From positions 46,872,001-46,936,000 of the forward strand of contig CM022665.1 of NCBI GenBank assembly GCA_012295275.1: 64,000 bases of DNA, in the 5' to 3' direction. Made by a program: the position numbers and the translations under genes. Source of the DNA: Chrysomallon squamiferum (lineage: Eukaryota; Animalia; Mollusca). This document shows, piece after piece, positions 39,960 to 53,619 of the stretch. Position 1 is the stretch's first letter, and each line of letters starts with the position of its first letter. The notes under the pieces were generated by a model, which worked only from the letters and a program-made list of their open reading frames with translations, ran no database searches and had not been told where the DNA came from.

Positions 39960-41655
39960 CTGAAAGAACAGCGAGGAATTATTTAATCAGATATTTTAAA
40001 GGGAAATATGATAACTTACACAATGAACAGTCCTGATAACTTAACGCTGAATCCCAGAAGCATATTAAAAGCATTAGGCTGTGGTTTGATGGTACGATGC
40101 TGGCCTGAAGACCAAACCTTACCAGGATCTCACGTTTACTTTACGAAAGAGTTGTGGTCTTGTCTACCCATTGGTTGGTATATATTAAATAATCTTTTCT
40201 TGCTAACTGAAAAATCAGTAGTCTGTGATGAGACAGGTGTGTTTCTTCTCTGTTTATCAAATATGTCTTTCATTACAGGTATAAAATAAAACCATGTGAC
40301 AAGCATACTGATAATAAAACATTAAAACGTTTTGTATATCAGTAATGGAGTGTTTTTCGAAAGATTGTTGATTGTATTTCAATATCAGATACAATGTAAA
40401 GCAAATGATGATTGAAAATTGTGGTCATTAAATTTGAAATTAAAGTAAGATTTTTACCAAAAGAAAGCACCGCTGACAACAACCAATAACAAGAAAAGTA
40501 TCACTGTCACCACAGAGAAGGCTATAATAGCTGAACTGACTTGATTTTCTTTTTCTGATTCAGCTGTAAAAGATAAGCAGAAATAAAGACGTTTATTTAA
40601 TGCACACATGTATAAACATACATACTCATACATACTCACACATGCATGCACCATACATACTGACATGTAGCTATACATTTGTGTTCTCATGTACCCCCCA
40701 CATATATATATACATGCATATACAAACGTTCTCAAACACATATTCTGGTTTACCCCCACATATACATATGCATGCACACACACACATATACATATGCATG
40801 CACATACACATACACACATATGCTCACATACACATTTCCACATAAACCCCACATACACACGTGCATACACACACAAACACACACATTCACATAAACATAT
40901 TCTGATAGCCCCTTTACACACATATGTACACACACAAATGCACACACACTCATTACACACACTCACACTCATATACACACACCCTGATATTAAATATGAA
41001 AATCAAATAAAATTTAGTCCATACGAACCTGTTTTCGTTTCAAACTGAATTCCAGCACTTTCCTGACAGCCAGCGTCAGTACAAGCAAAGAGAACAGCTC
41101 TGAAATCAGACAAAATTGAGTTCCTAAACTCACATTCAAAAGTAAATAAAGTATCAAGTCTAGTATACAAAAACAATAATCGCTAATTTCTACTTCTAAT
41201 CTCGTAAATAAAGGATAACAATAATGACATCGTGCTGTGGTAAATTTAATCTTTTCTTTAGAAAGATTTGTGATATTTAACGTTCTCCTAAAAATAATAA
41301 ATAGTAAAATAGAAGACACGATAACTAGGCAATCTTTAAATAATTAATAAAACGTTACAATGACCACGTCTGGCTGGGCATCCATTGTATCCTTTAACAA
41401 TTAATATTGCAAACAAAATAAATGTTTTTAAATATGGTTTCGTTATACATCCAAGTTCACTTAATTAACAGCAATTTCTATACTTAATATATATATATAA
41501 GCAAGACAAATAAATGTGAGATATGAATAATGATGGAGGGAAAGTTAAATTACAAACGTGTATTTATTTGCAGGTTTCAGTGGTCCGTTACAGATTGAGT
41601 ACTTTTGTGTGCTACAGTTCATTGATCCAACCACATATTTCTCCAGTTCAAGATC

Positions 41656-41720
<65 letters not shown>

Positions 41721-44225
41721 TAATAATGATAATGATAATAACAAAAACAACATTAATGATGTTGATGATGATAATAATAAGATTAACAGTAATGAGTTTT
41801 TACATCGATGTTAGTCAATCAATCAGTTAACCAGTCACTCAGTCAATCAGTCGATCGTTCAATGTCTTTCTGAATAGACATAATTTACCTTTATCAATCC
41901 AGCTGTCATTTGTAGCTCTGTATGGAAGTTTGAAATCAGTAAGATTTGAAATGTACCAGTTTGTGTAGGAACTGTAGTCATCTGTAGAGTGAGTGCTTCT
42001 GCGAAATCGTCTTTTCATGGAAATCAGTGATTGGTAATCTAATAATGATAACATGATAATATATATCTATAGATGAAAAGTCCAGCAGTTCAAAGAATAT
42101 TGTTTAAAGTCTTAAATGTGAATGGTTGAACAGTCTAACAGTCTAAGTATGACACATCTGTAAGTTTCGTAAGAGATTAAAAGTTTAGAGACTTGAAAAA
42201 ATATGCTTCAAATACTTTAATCTGAATAAAAGATATCTCGATAACATGCTGAACATAGGCCTACACACTAATTACACATATACATCTAATAATTTACTTT
42301 TTTATATTTTAAATAATACATTTACAGACACAAATTTGAAACACAGAATACGAAAACAGATATTTATAATGATCTAATATGTTTTCAAAGACATATTCAA
42401 AGTTTTAAGAATATTTGAAGAAAACTCATAAATGGTTAATAAATATTTCAGATAGCGAACGTAACGTAAATGTTTACGTTACCTGCAGTGTAAACATCTT
42501 GTCTAAAAACAATGATTCCAGCCAGTTTTACGTGACCTGCTACGTTTTTGTAGACAGAGCGAGGATGGACTATCATGACAAACTGTCTCTCGTACAGAGT
42601 CTCTTCTGAAGGTTTTCTTATTACTGACTCTAAAACTGGAGCTGGAAAAGAATAATAATAACAACATTGTCAGTTTTTATAACATCATCTATTGTCACTT
42701 ATACCAGTTGGCTTTCAATTGTATTACATTTTATTTGTGTCTACTCGTCCAGTTGTAACATATATGAAGTATTTTTTTTTCTTTAAAGACGAGGAGAAAC
42801 AATCAGTGAAGTTTCAATAATTGATATAATATCATGTTTACTTTCATGTCCCACAAAATACAAATACTTCTTTTTTTGAAATTTAGTTTTGTTTTTAATA
42901 AACAAGAAGATGAAGTCTGAATTCACTTTTAATGATTTATCTGCAGATAACTAACATCCTATGAATGTAAAATCAATACTTAAGTATTTAATGTGAAATA
43001 TTTGAAACATACATCCCGGTGGGGTGTAAAATGATGTAGTAGCTGTTTCTCCATCATAAATTGTCTTCAGTCGAACCTATACAAAGAGAAAAAAAACACA
43101 CACAAAAAAAAAAAAAAAAAAAATCAGACAAACAAACCTTTTCAAATTTAAATTCCAATGATAATTAAAAATAAAATTTCCATTTCTTTACACAAACTGA
43201 ACACCCAAACTGATGAATATATGAAACAATAAATCCAGACTGAAGCAAATTTAACTTGTTCTAATAATATGAAATGAAACAGAAGTATAACTATTACCTA
43301 TAGAGAAAGATTTGAAAAATAAAACGAATACTGAACAAATATATTAAAAATCTTTATTAGTTTACTGTAAATAACTTTTTATTGTAAAATGTTTTAAATC
43401 AAAACCAGTAAATACTCACATAGAAATTATACATGATTTCTACTGTTACAGGTACAGTGATTGAAAAGTGACAGTTGTTTGTGTTTTCAATTGAAATATT
43501 GTTAGTAATAACATCATTACTTTCCTGCAAAATAAATACTTTTTATTATCATTAGTAATAGAAATGGATTTAATTATTTTAGGAACATTGAATGAACTTG
43601 TTGTTAATGTATATATAAACCATAAAAAACCATGCACATTGACATAGAAACATAAAATAAACTTGTTCCAACAAGAAAACATAACTTTTCCGTCCTATTT
43701 TAGAATGAGATGGTGTCAAAATAAAATAAATTATGTTTCTCTACATACCATGGTTGTGTTGTAGACTAAAAATGAACTTGTTATAATTCCGTTTCTGCCA
43801 TCTTTTTGTTTAGGACAGTCATAAGTAACCAAGACAGCAGTGTAGTTGTTTTCAATGTGACTTACATTAAAATTTATAGGTGCTGCTGGTGCTGTGAAAA
43901 AAAAAATGAAAGAAAAATTATCAGATTTATAAAGCACAAGTAAAATTCAAGATGTCCGACAATCAAAAAAAAAAACAAACAAAAAAAAAAATGAAAGAAA
44001 AAAAAGATATGTACAAATTCTTTTTATAACTTCACTGATACAATAAAATTATTTTACAGTGATTCTTTATACTTTAATATTATTAAATGAAATTGCTTTG
44101 TTTGTTTATTTATTTTATATTTTTAATATTTCCTTTCAAGAAAATAAAACAAGATAACTGTTAACATCTGAGTTTTTTAGCTCATTATCCACTTCATGTA
44201 TTTATTCTTATTTTTTTAAGACTGG

Positions 44226-44269
<44 letters not shown>

Positions 44270-47200
44270 GATAAAATATACATTAGTTTGATTTATGGTG
44301 TTACTATGTAACTTCTAAAATTGGTTTGCTGTTATATATACTATACCTGATTGTTTTGTTTTTATGTAATCTGTCCATACAGGTTGTGATTTTCCAGCTG
44401 ATGTGTTTGCTGTCAGCTCAAACTTATAATCCCAGTAACTAGAGAGATATTCAGCAGTGTATTGGTTTGAAGTCCATCCTGAAATTACCAACAGTTTATG
44501 TAATTGTCAATACACATTCAATTAGTAAATACTTTATTTAATAACAGCAGTAATATCATCTTCGTTTTCTTCTCCTCTTTTTGCTGCTTCTTCTCATTCT
44601 TCTCTTTCTTCTTCTTCTTGTTGAAATAAAGAAATTATTTGTCAGATTATTTTAAATTCAGTTTAAATAACTGAACTACGTTTTTTAAACATATTTCAAC
44701 AACAGTTGTTATACAGTATAGTCGTGCTTAACTCTTAATTATATAGCTAGCTAGATAGATAGATGCGTGTGTATCTGTGTCGATATTAACCTTTGATAAT
44801 TTCATTCTTTATTATTTTATCTGATTTTCCATTTTCTGTTTTCTCGTAAACAATCAAATTGTAGTCAGTTTTTCCTGGTTTTGGAGACTCTGGTGACCAA
44901 GTCACTGTTATTGAAGAACTTGTTATTTCACTCACTCTAAAGTTGTCTGGTGGTGCTGCAGCTAAAATAATAATAAAAATAAATGTAAACCAAATTTTAC
45001 AAAGGTCATGTTTATTTAATATGTATCTTAATGAAACTCTGATAAATGTAAATCATGGCAACTGGAGCAATTAAACTCTTCAGTTAATGACTTGAATCTT
45101 TCAGCGGAAATCTGTAAAATTTAAATACTGTTTATAAACTATAAACAGAACAATTAAGCAAGAAACATAATTAATTTTTTTTTTAATAAAACAGCTATTA
45201 TATTTTTCTCAAAATGTATGTATGTATGTATGTATTTATATATTTATTTATTTATTTTGGTTTGTTTGTTTGTTTGTTTATTTATTTACTATACTTATTT
45301 TTATTATTATTTTTTTATTTCCTGTAAGATATTTAATTAAAATGTGTCTAATGATAGTTAATCCATACGTTTGGTTTTTGTCATATGATACATCTCTGTT
45401 GTTGGTCCAGAATATAATTCATTGTAAGTAAACACACTGACAGTGTAGTTTGTGAAAGGTAAAAGATGTGTCAGCTTGTAGCTGAATTCTTTTCCAGCAT
45501 CATTCAGTACACTGCTTCTAATATTCACTTTGACTGGTGTAACATCTTCACAATGCATGTCACTGTCAACCTACATTCATAAATGTTAAAACAAAATAAA
45601 ATAAGAAAACATCTAATAAAAATCTATTATCATTCAGAAACATTTATGTAATCTGTAATCAATAGCTGTATTTCATCGTTGATTAAACAGTTTCAAAACA
45701 TGCAGTTTATTAAGTATTATATTTACTGTTTAAATTATCTTCTGTTAAAAGAATTAAGGCAGGATACTGAAGAAAATAAAAATTTGTTTTATAGCCTCTT
45801 CAACATATGTGAAATAATGACATATTTTCACCAAAAAATAATTAGAATAAGAAATAAATACTAAAATAATTAATTTTATTTGTTTCATGGATTTCTATTA
45901 TTATTATTTATTCTTATTTTTTTTTTATCTTGGCTGAATTTTATATATATCATATATTCCTTTTTTAAGTTTATTAACAAATATTAAATTTCACAGAAGC
46001 TTTTGTTTATGGTTACTTTACTTGAAATATAGTTTTTAAACAGTTTCAGAACACACTTCTTGTTTAATGGCTTGGGTTTCTTCTCTTTATGTGAGAGTTT
46101 ACGTGTTGCTTCCTGTTCTAACAGTTTCAGTGAAAATACCTGTAACCTTGTTATTACTGAAACTATTTTAAATCAGGATATTGTGATCAGCATTTGACCA
46201 AAAGTTTTAAAAGAAAATTTAATAATAAATAAAATTATCTTACATTACTCATACTGGTGCAGTCACTACAGTAAAAGACAACTTTCTGTTGACAAATCTG
46301 GTTTGAAATTTGTTGAAGAGTTAAAATGTAAGCACATATAACACCATTGGGATTGTCAGGACGATTCCAAGACACAAACATTGAACTGTAGGTGATGTCT
46401 GATACACTGAGACTCTTCACATTATCAGGAGCTGCAAGTAAAACAAATTAATGTATAAACATAATATGCAGTGATGGAATGACCAACAGAAATCATATAT
46501 ACTTAAATCAGTGTTTGAAAGGTAGATAGCACCTGATATCAAAGTTACGTTTTTTGTTGTTTGTTTTTGTGGGGAAAGAATATTTACTGTCTTTAAGATT
46601 TCATTTCATTTTTATTCTTCAAGACGTACTCACTTGTTTCATTTCAGAAAAGGTTTTTTTAAATATCCAGCAGCAGATATATACAAGCACACGTGCATGT
46701 GGGGACGTGGCAGTAGCAACTAAGTTTGTTATTATAGTTTCTGTTATTTGAAGAAAAAAAACGTTTGTCCAAAAACAAAAATTATATATATATATATTGT
46801 TTAGGCAAAAAAATAAAAAACACCACATGCACTGTAGTATGCTATTTTTCATTGTGTTACTTTATTGCAAACATACCACATTAAAACTAGACACATTCAA
46901 ATATTTAAGTTTTGAATTCTAAAGCAGTTTCTTTTTATTTATATTTTTGGCTCCCTAATTTCCTTGATATTGGCTTTAAATATTGTTTAGGCAAAATAAT
47001 AATAAAAAGAGCACATGTGCTCTCTAGTATATTATTTTTCATATTTTTCATTTATCGGCAAAATACCACATTAAAGCTATAGACAAACTGAAATATCTAT
47101 ATTTTGAATTCTTAAATCGTTTTTTGTTCTTCCTTATGATACTCTTTCCCTCAATAAAAATTGATCTTAAAAATATCCAGAATTCACTTTTATAAAACTG

Positions 47201-50200
47201 TCTATTTTTTTAATTCATTTTTTTTTTATTATTACAAGATATCTATATCTATTACCTAGTATAACTTTTAAAACATTATAAGTAGAACATTTAAACCATT
47301 TTGTAAACATTTTTACTAAATTCAGTCGTTATAGTTTTTAATGGAGAGATCTTTATTCAGCCTACGGCTCCGATAAAACCACTAAGATAAAAACTTAAAA
47401 GTTTGTCAAAAGAAACAAACGCAAACAAACAAAAAAAAAGATTCTAAAAGAAATGTTTTTAATGGATTTACAATTACTGAACCTAATATTCAGTTTATTC
47501 TAAAAAAAAAAAAATTAAACAAATTAAAAAATTAAAAAATATCATTATATTTACGTTTTATTGAACTACGGATTCCACTGTATGTGTAAGTTTCACTGTA
47601 AACGCCAGAGCTGACTGCAGTGATATTTAAAGTGTAATAATTTCCAGGAGTTATGTCACTGAAGTACACAACTTGAAGATTTTCTCCTGATGGTGTCACA
47701 TTTTGAGTCTGTCTGTAAGAGTCAGAGTCACCAGTGAGATTTACTGTGTAGTAATCAACACTTCCTTCAGATTTCTTAAAATACAGTGTGATGTTTGGTG
47801 CTGTTAAATTACTTTTCTCTTCATCAAATGAGCCTGGTATGTCAGGAACTAAAATTATAAAGAATATTAACAGTAAGTTTATTTTTCATTTATATGTTAC
47901 TTATAATATCTAGAAATAAAAGCTATATTATTAATTTATTCTTGTGTTTTCCTTTAATTCTTCTTCTTCTTCTTATTATTATTATCTTTATCATCTATCC
48001 TTCTTCTTTCCTTTTATTATTATTATTATTATTATTGTTGTTGTTGTTGTTGTTTTTGTTGTTTGTTTTAATGTTGTTTCTTTTTTTTGGTTGTTACTTA
48101 ATTTGATAATTTTTGCTTTAAGAAAATCATGTGTAATTTAACAATGTCCAGTTATTCTTTAATTTTATGTATTTCGACCGTGAAATACAACAATTTTTTA
48201 TTTCACTGAATTTGGGTGATTAGTTTAAAAAAATTACTCACATATTGATTAAAAGTAGTGTTGCAATGGACCTTGATTTGTTTTATAATGAATATTGGGA
48301 AATAAATGTTATTTGAAAATGAGATGAAATCTGTCATTGTTTTCAAAAAAAGTGAAAAGTTGGTCGCACTCTTCTATAATATATACTAAGTAATATAGAA
48401 TGGAAGAAAAGTTAAAAACTAAAGTGTATTATACAAAGTATCTATTTCTGAGATAATCTTTTGAATAAATATTGATAAAAATGTGTATTGTGAAAACAAA
48501 TCCATCTATGTATTGATATATCGACTCAGAAGGGAAATGGTTTTATGAGCACTAATATATGTTATTGAATATGATTTTATCTTACATGTTCTCTGTGAAA
48601 GACTTGAAGAACTCACGGACTGTTCTTTCTTTGTTTGGTTAGTGAAAGCTCTAACAACAACTGTGTACAGTTGTCCTGGTGTTAAACCTGTAATATCTGC
48701 AGTGTTGTTTTCATAGACAGTACTCGACCCTTTGTCAACTGGTGTCCACACAACATCATATTTAGTCACTAAATGACCATACACCTGATTTGGTGACCAG
48801 CTCACTCTCAAAGATGTTGTGTTAGTTCTGGACAAATTAGTAATTTTTGGTTTTAAATCTGACACTCAAAATTAAAATACAAATATTAATATAAACATTT
48901 TTGAAAGGCATTTGCAAAAAGTCAATTTGAAACATCATTAAATTATTCTGTAACTTCAAAGAAAACTAAAATTCTGAATAAATGAAATATGAAAAAAGTA
49001 ATAGTGAATTGCTGGACTGGTAGATATTTTCACATAAAATTTTAATATTTCAGTCGGAATTGAATATAATTTTTATTTTTATTATTCAGTACTTTTGAAT
49101 AAGTTCATTGCTTTATATTTAATGACATTTAAATTGTAGGAAGCAGAAGAGTGTTTGTTGCGTTGAATATTGCTTACTACGTCAAACATCGTTTTTGCAT
49201 TTAGTAAGAAATGGTTTTTCCTCGTGATAGCACTGATGATTGCTGTACTATTGAGGAATTTCATATAACAGAATAAAGTGTCCTCAAGGAAACAAAGAAG
49301 AATTTATAATACTTGTAATTTATTTTCATGCCTGCAAAATATGCATCACTTATTTTGATCTCTGTCAGTTAGCTGCTATCATCTAAATATACTCAGAAAA
49401 AAAAAATAAACACAGACTATAATAAATTTTCTATTTCAGTTTTTGTCTTTTCTTTTTTTTTTCTGGTTTCTGATTGCTGTTACACTGTGATGCTTTTGTT
49501 CAAAAGTGACGAAAACAACTTCAGATTTTCACCAAGAATGACATTAAAAACTGTACAAAACAGAAAATAAATGGTGTCCATAAGAGCTGTATAAAAACAT
49601 TTCGAATTTGACGAGTGTCCACTAGACAGACAGACATACCTTTCATTAAGATTTCACCCCAAACTGAACAGACTGACACAGATACCTATTATTTAAACAT
49701 TTTAATATTAAAATCAAGAACATACCTATTATTTAAACATTTTAATATTAAAATCAAGAACATACCTATTATTAAAACGACTTACTAGGTAAACATGTTG
49801 TTGTATTCTGTTGATAATAGTCATTATTACACTGACACACACTGTTATTACAGAGACTGTTATCTACTACAGATGTACAGTTATCATTTGTATCACACGG
49901 GTCACCCAGTGAACATACTGAAATCTGAAACCATAAGCAAAATTAATTACATAATATTTTTAGTAACATTATACGTAATAGACATTTAAAATTTGATCAG
50001 TAACAAACATAGCAGAATTCCAAGATTCATTTGTAATTAATATAGACAGAAATTACAGTGCTTTAATAATGTTGGTCATTTTAAAATTTTAGATTTGAAA
50101 AATTTAAATAAGTAATATAATTACAGTTAAATACTAGTTTATCTTATTTGTAGATGTATGCAATAACAATCATAATAATAACAGTGATGATAATGATGAT

Positions 50201-50632
50201 GATTTTAACAAAATTGTTTGTTCTGGGGGAAAGAAGATGCTTCATGACTTTATGAAAATTACATTGAAAAGAGAATTAGGAAAGAAAAAATATTCAGTTA
50301 GTAATATGCCGTCAATAACAAAATGTTCCGAAATAACAAAGCTTCACGATCAATTTATTAATAATTCGAACTTGCAAGATATATTGTTTTGTAATAAGTA
50401 AATAAATAAATAAATAAATAAATAAAAATTAAATTTAATTAAAACAAGTTGAGCACCTCCAGTTAATAGTAAAATGTATAGTTATGTTCAAGCCAAACGT
50501 TGAACTACTAGGTACGTCAGGATTCGCGAATAATACAATTTAAAAAGTAACAACATTTACCTGAATACAGCAGCTGACAATAAGAGCAGTGACACAGAAT
50601 AATCCAGGTAGAATTAATTTTGAAGAAAACAT
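39632..50632 (-). CDS. Gene C: phosphatase-less RPTP-related receptor (signal peptide, 1 EGF/EB-like module, 5 FN3, stalk, TM, ITAM-like tail), 17 exons, about 899 aa
   Basis: Minus-strand exons: 50632-50561 (MFSSKLILPGLFCVTALIVSCCIQ), 49924-49786, 48864 (or 48858)-48586, 47848-47555, 46431-46244, 45570-45369, 44961-44791, 44478-44347, 43891-43749, 43524-43420, 43076-43013, 42641-42483, 42038-41889, 41654-41558, 41099-41029, 40563-40458 (TM), 39959-39632 (tail, TAG). Total 2700 nt, in frame. Confidence 0.88.
40595..40985. repeat. Degenerate (CA/TA)-rich low-complexity intronic tract
   Basis: Imperfect cacacatatacat repeats. A shorter counterpart lies in gene B at ~21990-22210. This tract produces several spurious ORFs. 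Confidence 0.85.
49683..49772. repeat. ~40-bp tandem duplication in intron 2 of gene C
   Basis: tacctattatttaaacattttaatattaaaatcaagaaca occurs twice, plus a partial third copy. Confidence 0.9.
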
Positions 50633-51010
50633 GGCGCCGTCTGTTGACAGTATTTTACAATTTCTTAGTGGATATACATTGCCTCATAGAATCCAGAAGT
50701 TCTTCAGTGACGTTAAAAATAGTTTATATAACGACTTTTTATATTATAAACTTGATTAAACAGTCTGGATTTACCATCAGTAATATTTAACATCAGCCAG
50801 AATTTTTCTACTTATTTAAACTCTCAGCGTTATGAGAAATACGTTCAGACGACTTGTACTAACTGTTACAACGATAATATCAAGTGACTGTAATCACAGA
50901 TTTTTTAAAACAATTTTTTGTATCTGTGTCCTATATCCCAATACGCGGTTGTTTATCTTACATATCACAGATACCTTTTGACAACTGTTTTCATACAACA
51001 TTCAACAATG
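50633..51010 (-). promoter_or_regulatory. Putative promoter/5'UTR of gene C
   Basis: TATATAAA on the minus strand at 50730-50723, the same spacing to the ATG as in gene B. Paralogous to 38552-38950. Confidence 0.55.
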
Positions 51011-51146
51011 ATTTGTTTTTTAGCAACACTTCGAACCCCTTTAATATTAAAGATTATCAGCTATGTGGGTTTTTTACAGTGGGGCATCACAGTGATATCC
51101 AGAAGTAAATATTAAAGATAGAATCAGGAAAATATTTTCTTTAAAA

Positions 51147-51178
<32 letters not shown>

Positions 51179-52197
51179 ATAATAATAATAATAATTAGAA
51201 TAATAATAATTAAAAATACTAATAATCTTAATATGAATTTTCAGTTAAATGGATTTTTCTGATTTATTATGAAAATTACCATTGTTTTTTGCTTTATTGA
51301 TGTAAATTGAATTGATGGAAATCTGCTTGTTTTTTGTTTTCAAATAATTATTAAAAGGCGCAAATTAGTTTCCAATTAAACGTAAATAGGAGCCTTTTCC
51401 TTCTTAAAATGCTGAATTGTATATCAACTGAAATGATGTTTAGTGATCATTATTTATTTCTTTATTAGAGTTGTTGATTTGTAAGCTTTTTAGCCGTGTT
51501 AAAAACAAAACTTAGTATGGTCTTTTGATATGTTGATAAACACGTTTAAGACAGATCAATCTCTCTAAGATAAGTGACCTCGATACTAAGGTTAGAGATA
51601 AAAATATTCACACAGAAGAGGAAGTTTTATTTCTGGTTTAACAACGTCCTCCCTTACGACATGCTATGACACAAATACGTGTGCTTATACGACACTCCTG
51701 TGTATTCTTTTACTTTTAGGTCATAAATGTAAGAGTTCATATTATCAGTGTCGGCTTCTCTCATTGGCTGGGTCAAATCATGTGCTGTAATGTAACGTAA
51801 ACGCTGGTGTCAAAGTTTCTGATTGGATACTTCCACCAATGCGGGCAGTAGCTGTTATCGGAACGTCCGTGTTTTTCTGATTGCCTGGTTACACCCACGC
51901 GTGTGTACACCGTTACCAGAGTGTTGTTTTCTCTAACTGGCTACTTTGATTTACAATCTTCCCGCTTCAAGAGAATATTTTTCTTCTTCCTCAAATAAAT
52001 ATCCATTAAACATCATTTTAACAGTTCCTTCCAAGTATCCGTGCTGCCTTCATGGTTTGGCGAACATCTATATTCATATTTAGAAGACATCGTATTTTAT
52101 TTCACAGTCTTAAAACAGAAAATAGGGATTTTTCGTATAAAATGATACTTCGTAGTTTTTAAACTGCTGTCAGTCTCCTGTTTCAGCCAAACATTTA

Positions 52198-52310
<113 letters not shown>

Positions 52311-52652
52311 CATCATTATTATCATAATGTGAGAGTACTACCTGTCCTAAAGCATTCTTTCAAAAATCCCTTCCTTCAAATCGTTCTACCCAGTTGATAC
52401 TACAGTTTAAAAGTTATATATTCCTAAGATGGTGCGCTATTAAAGAGTGCTATTAAATCAATTTTCTAGGCCTGTTCTGGAAATCAGCACCAGACCGTAT
52501 AATTTATTCAGTTTGATAAACGCTCTGTGTGTCATCTTTTAAAAGGACTTGATAAAAATAAACAGCGTCAGTTTTAACATCGACTAGCACTTACGTTCAA
52601 GTACAGGAAATGTATGAGGAAGATTTCCAGTTTCTGGAGTAACTGACAGAAA

Positions 52653-52654
<2 letters not shown>

Positions 52655-52736
<82 letters not shown>
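52655..52736. repeat. (GT)n microsatellite
   Basis: Directly visible. Confidence 0.95.
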
Positions 52737-52738
<2 letters not shown>

Positions 52739-52884
52739 ATAGATAGATACGCAAATGTACGTATGTGTGTTTATGCATTTGCATTAATATATAATACGTG
52801 CGTATTAGTAAATGTATGTATATATGTACATAAGTATGTGTCCGTGTGTTTGTATGTATGTATTATTTCTTCAGTTGAGTTACG

Positions 52885-53129
52885 TCATATATAAGTAACT
52901 AAATGACGTTCTCTGCTTTCATTCTCGTTGTTGTCAATTTCAGATTTAAGCACGTCGTCCTCCACGTCTGTCTGATACGAGTCTGTCTCATCTTCGCTGG
53001 GACGTTCATCTTGTTCTGGGTACATCACTGGACTCTCTGTGTCTGTGTGAGTTACACAGCCCTCAACTGTCTCAACAGTCAAATTACTGTTACGTTCATC
53101 AGAATTCTGTTTTTTTGCGTTTATAGTAT
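52885..53129 (-). other. Possible orphan acidic terminal exon, unrelated to the receptor family
   Basis: Good acceptor (ctttctgctgtag), then an open phase-1 frame xTINAKKQNSDERNSNLTVETVEGCVTHTDTESPVMYPEQDERPSEDETDSYQTDVEDDVLKSEIDNNENESRERHLVTYI*. GC-richer than its flanks. No upstream exon confidently found. Confidence 0.3.
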
Positions 53130-53166
53130 CTACAGCAGAAAGCTAAATAATTATACAAAGTATATG

Positions 53167-53215
<49 letters not shown>

Positions 53216-53619
53216 TTAGATAATGACGTATGCTCTTTAACACACACACAAACACATACAATGTGTTTATACATTAAAGAACAGACCGCCATTGTCTCAT
53301 AATATAAACTGTACCACTCTGTAGTATGTATGTATCTATGTATGTACATACGTGTATATATGCATATATGTGTATATATGTGTATACGCACACATAAAAT
53401 TATATGCATCTCTTGTTATATATCTATCTGTACATATAAAAGCACACACATATTTCATTTATTCCGGAAGTTAATGAATGAAACTTGTTCACTGTCATTG
53501 TTAACGCTTACAACGTTTTAGAAAGTTCGAGTTTTATTTTACAAAGAGGAAGATAAAACACGAGCGCAAACTGGAAAGTGAAAAAAAGTTTCTAACTGGA
53601 CAAGTCTGGAAGCAGGAGA

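Noticed and set aside
40454-41048. Long Cys/Val- or His/Thr-rich ORFs (also 22047-22271, 25350-25646, 52584-52894, 53143-53521)
   Set aside because: (CA)/(TG)/(TATG) low-complexity tracts. Only the 40563-40458 TM exon is genuine.
20960-50632. Interpreting B and C as pseudogenised or misassembled fragments of A
   Set aside because: Both have complete in-frame exon chains, their own conserved promoter, signal peptide, distinct stalk/TM and a dedicated terminal exon. No PTP exon remnants were seen downstream.
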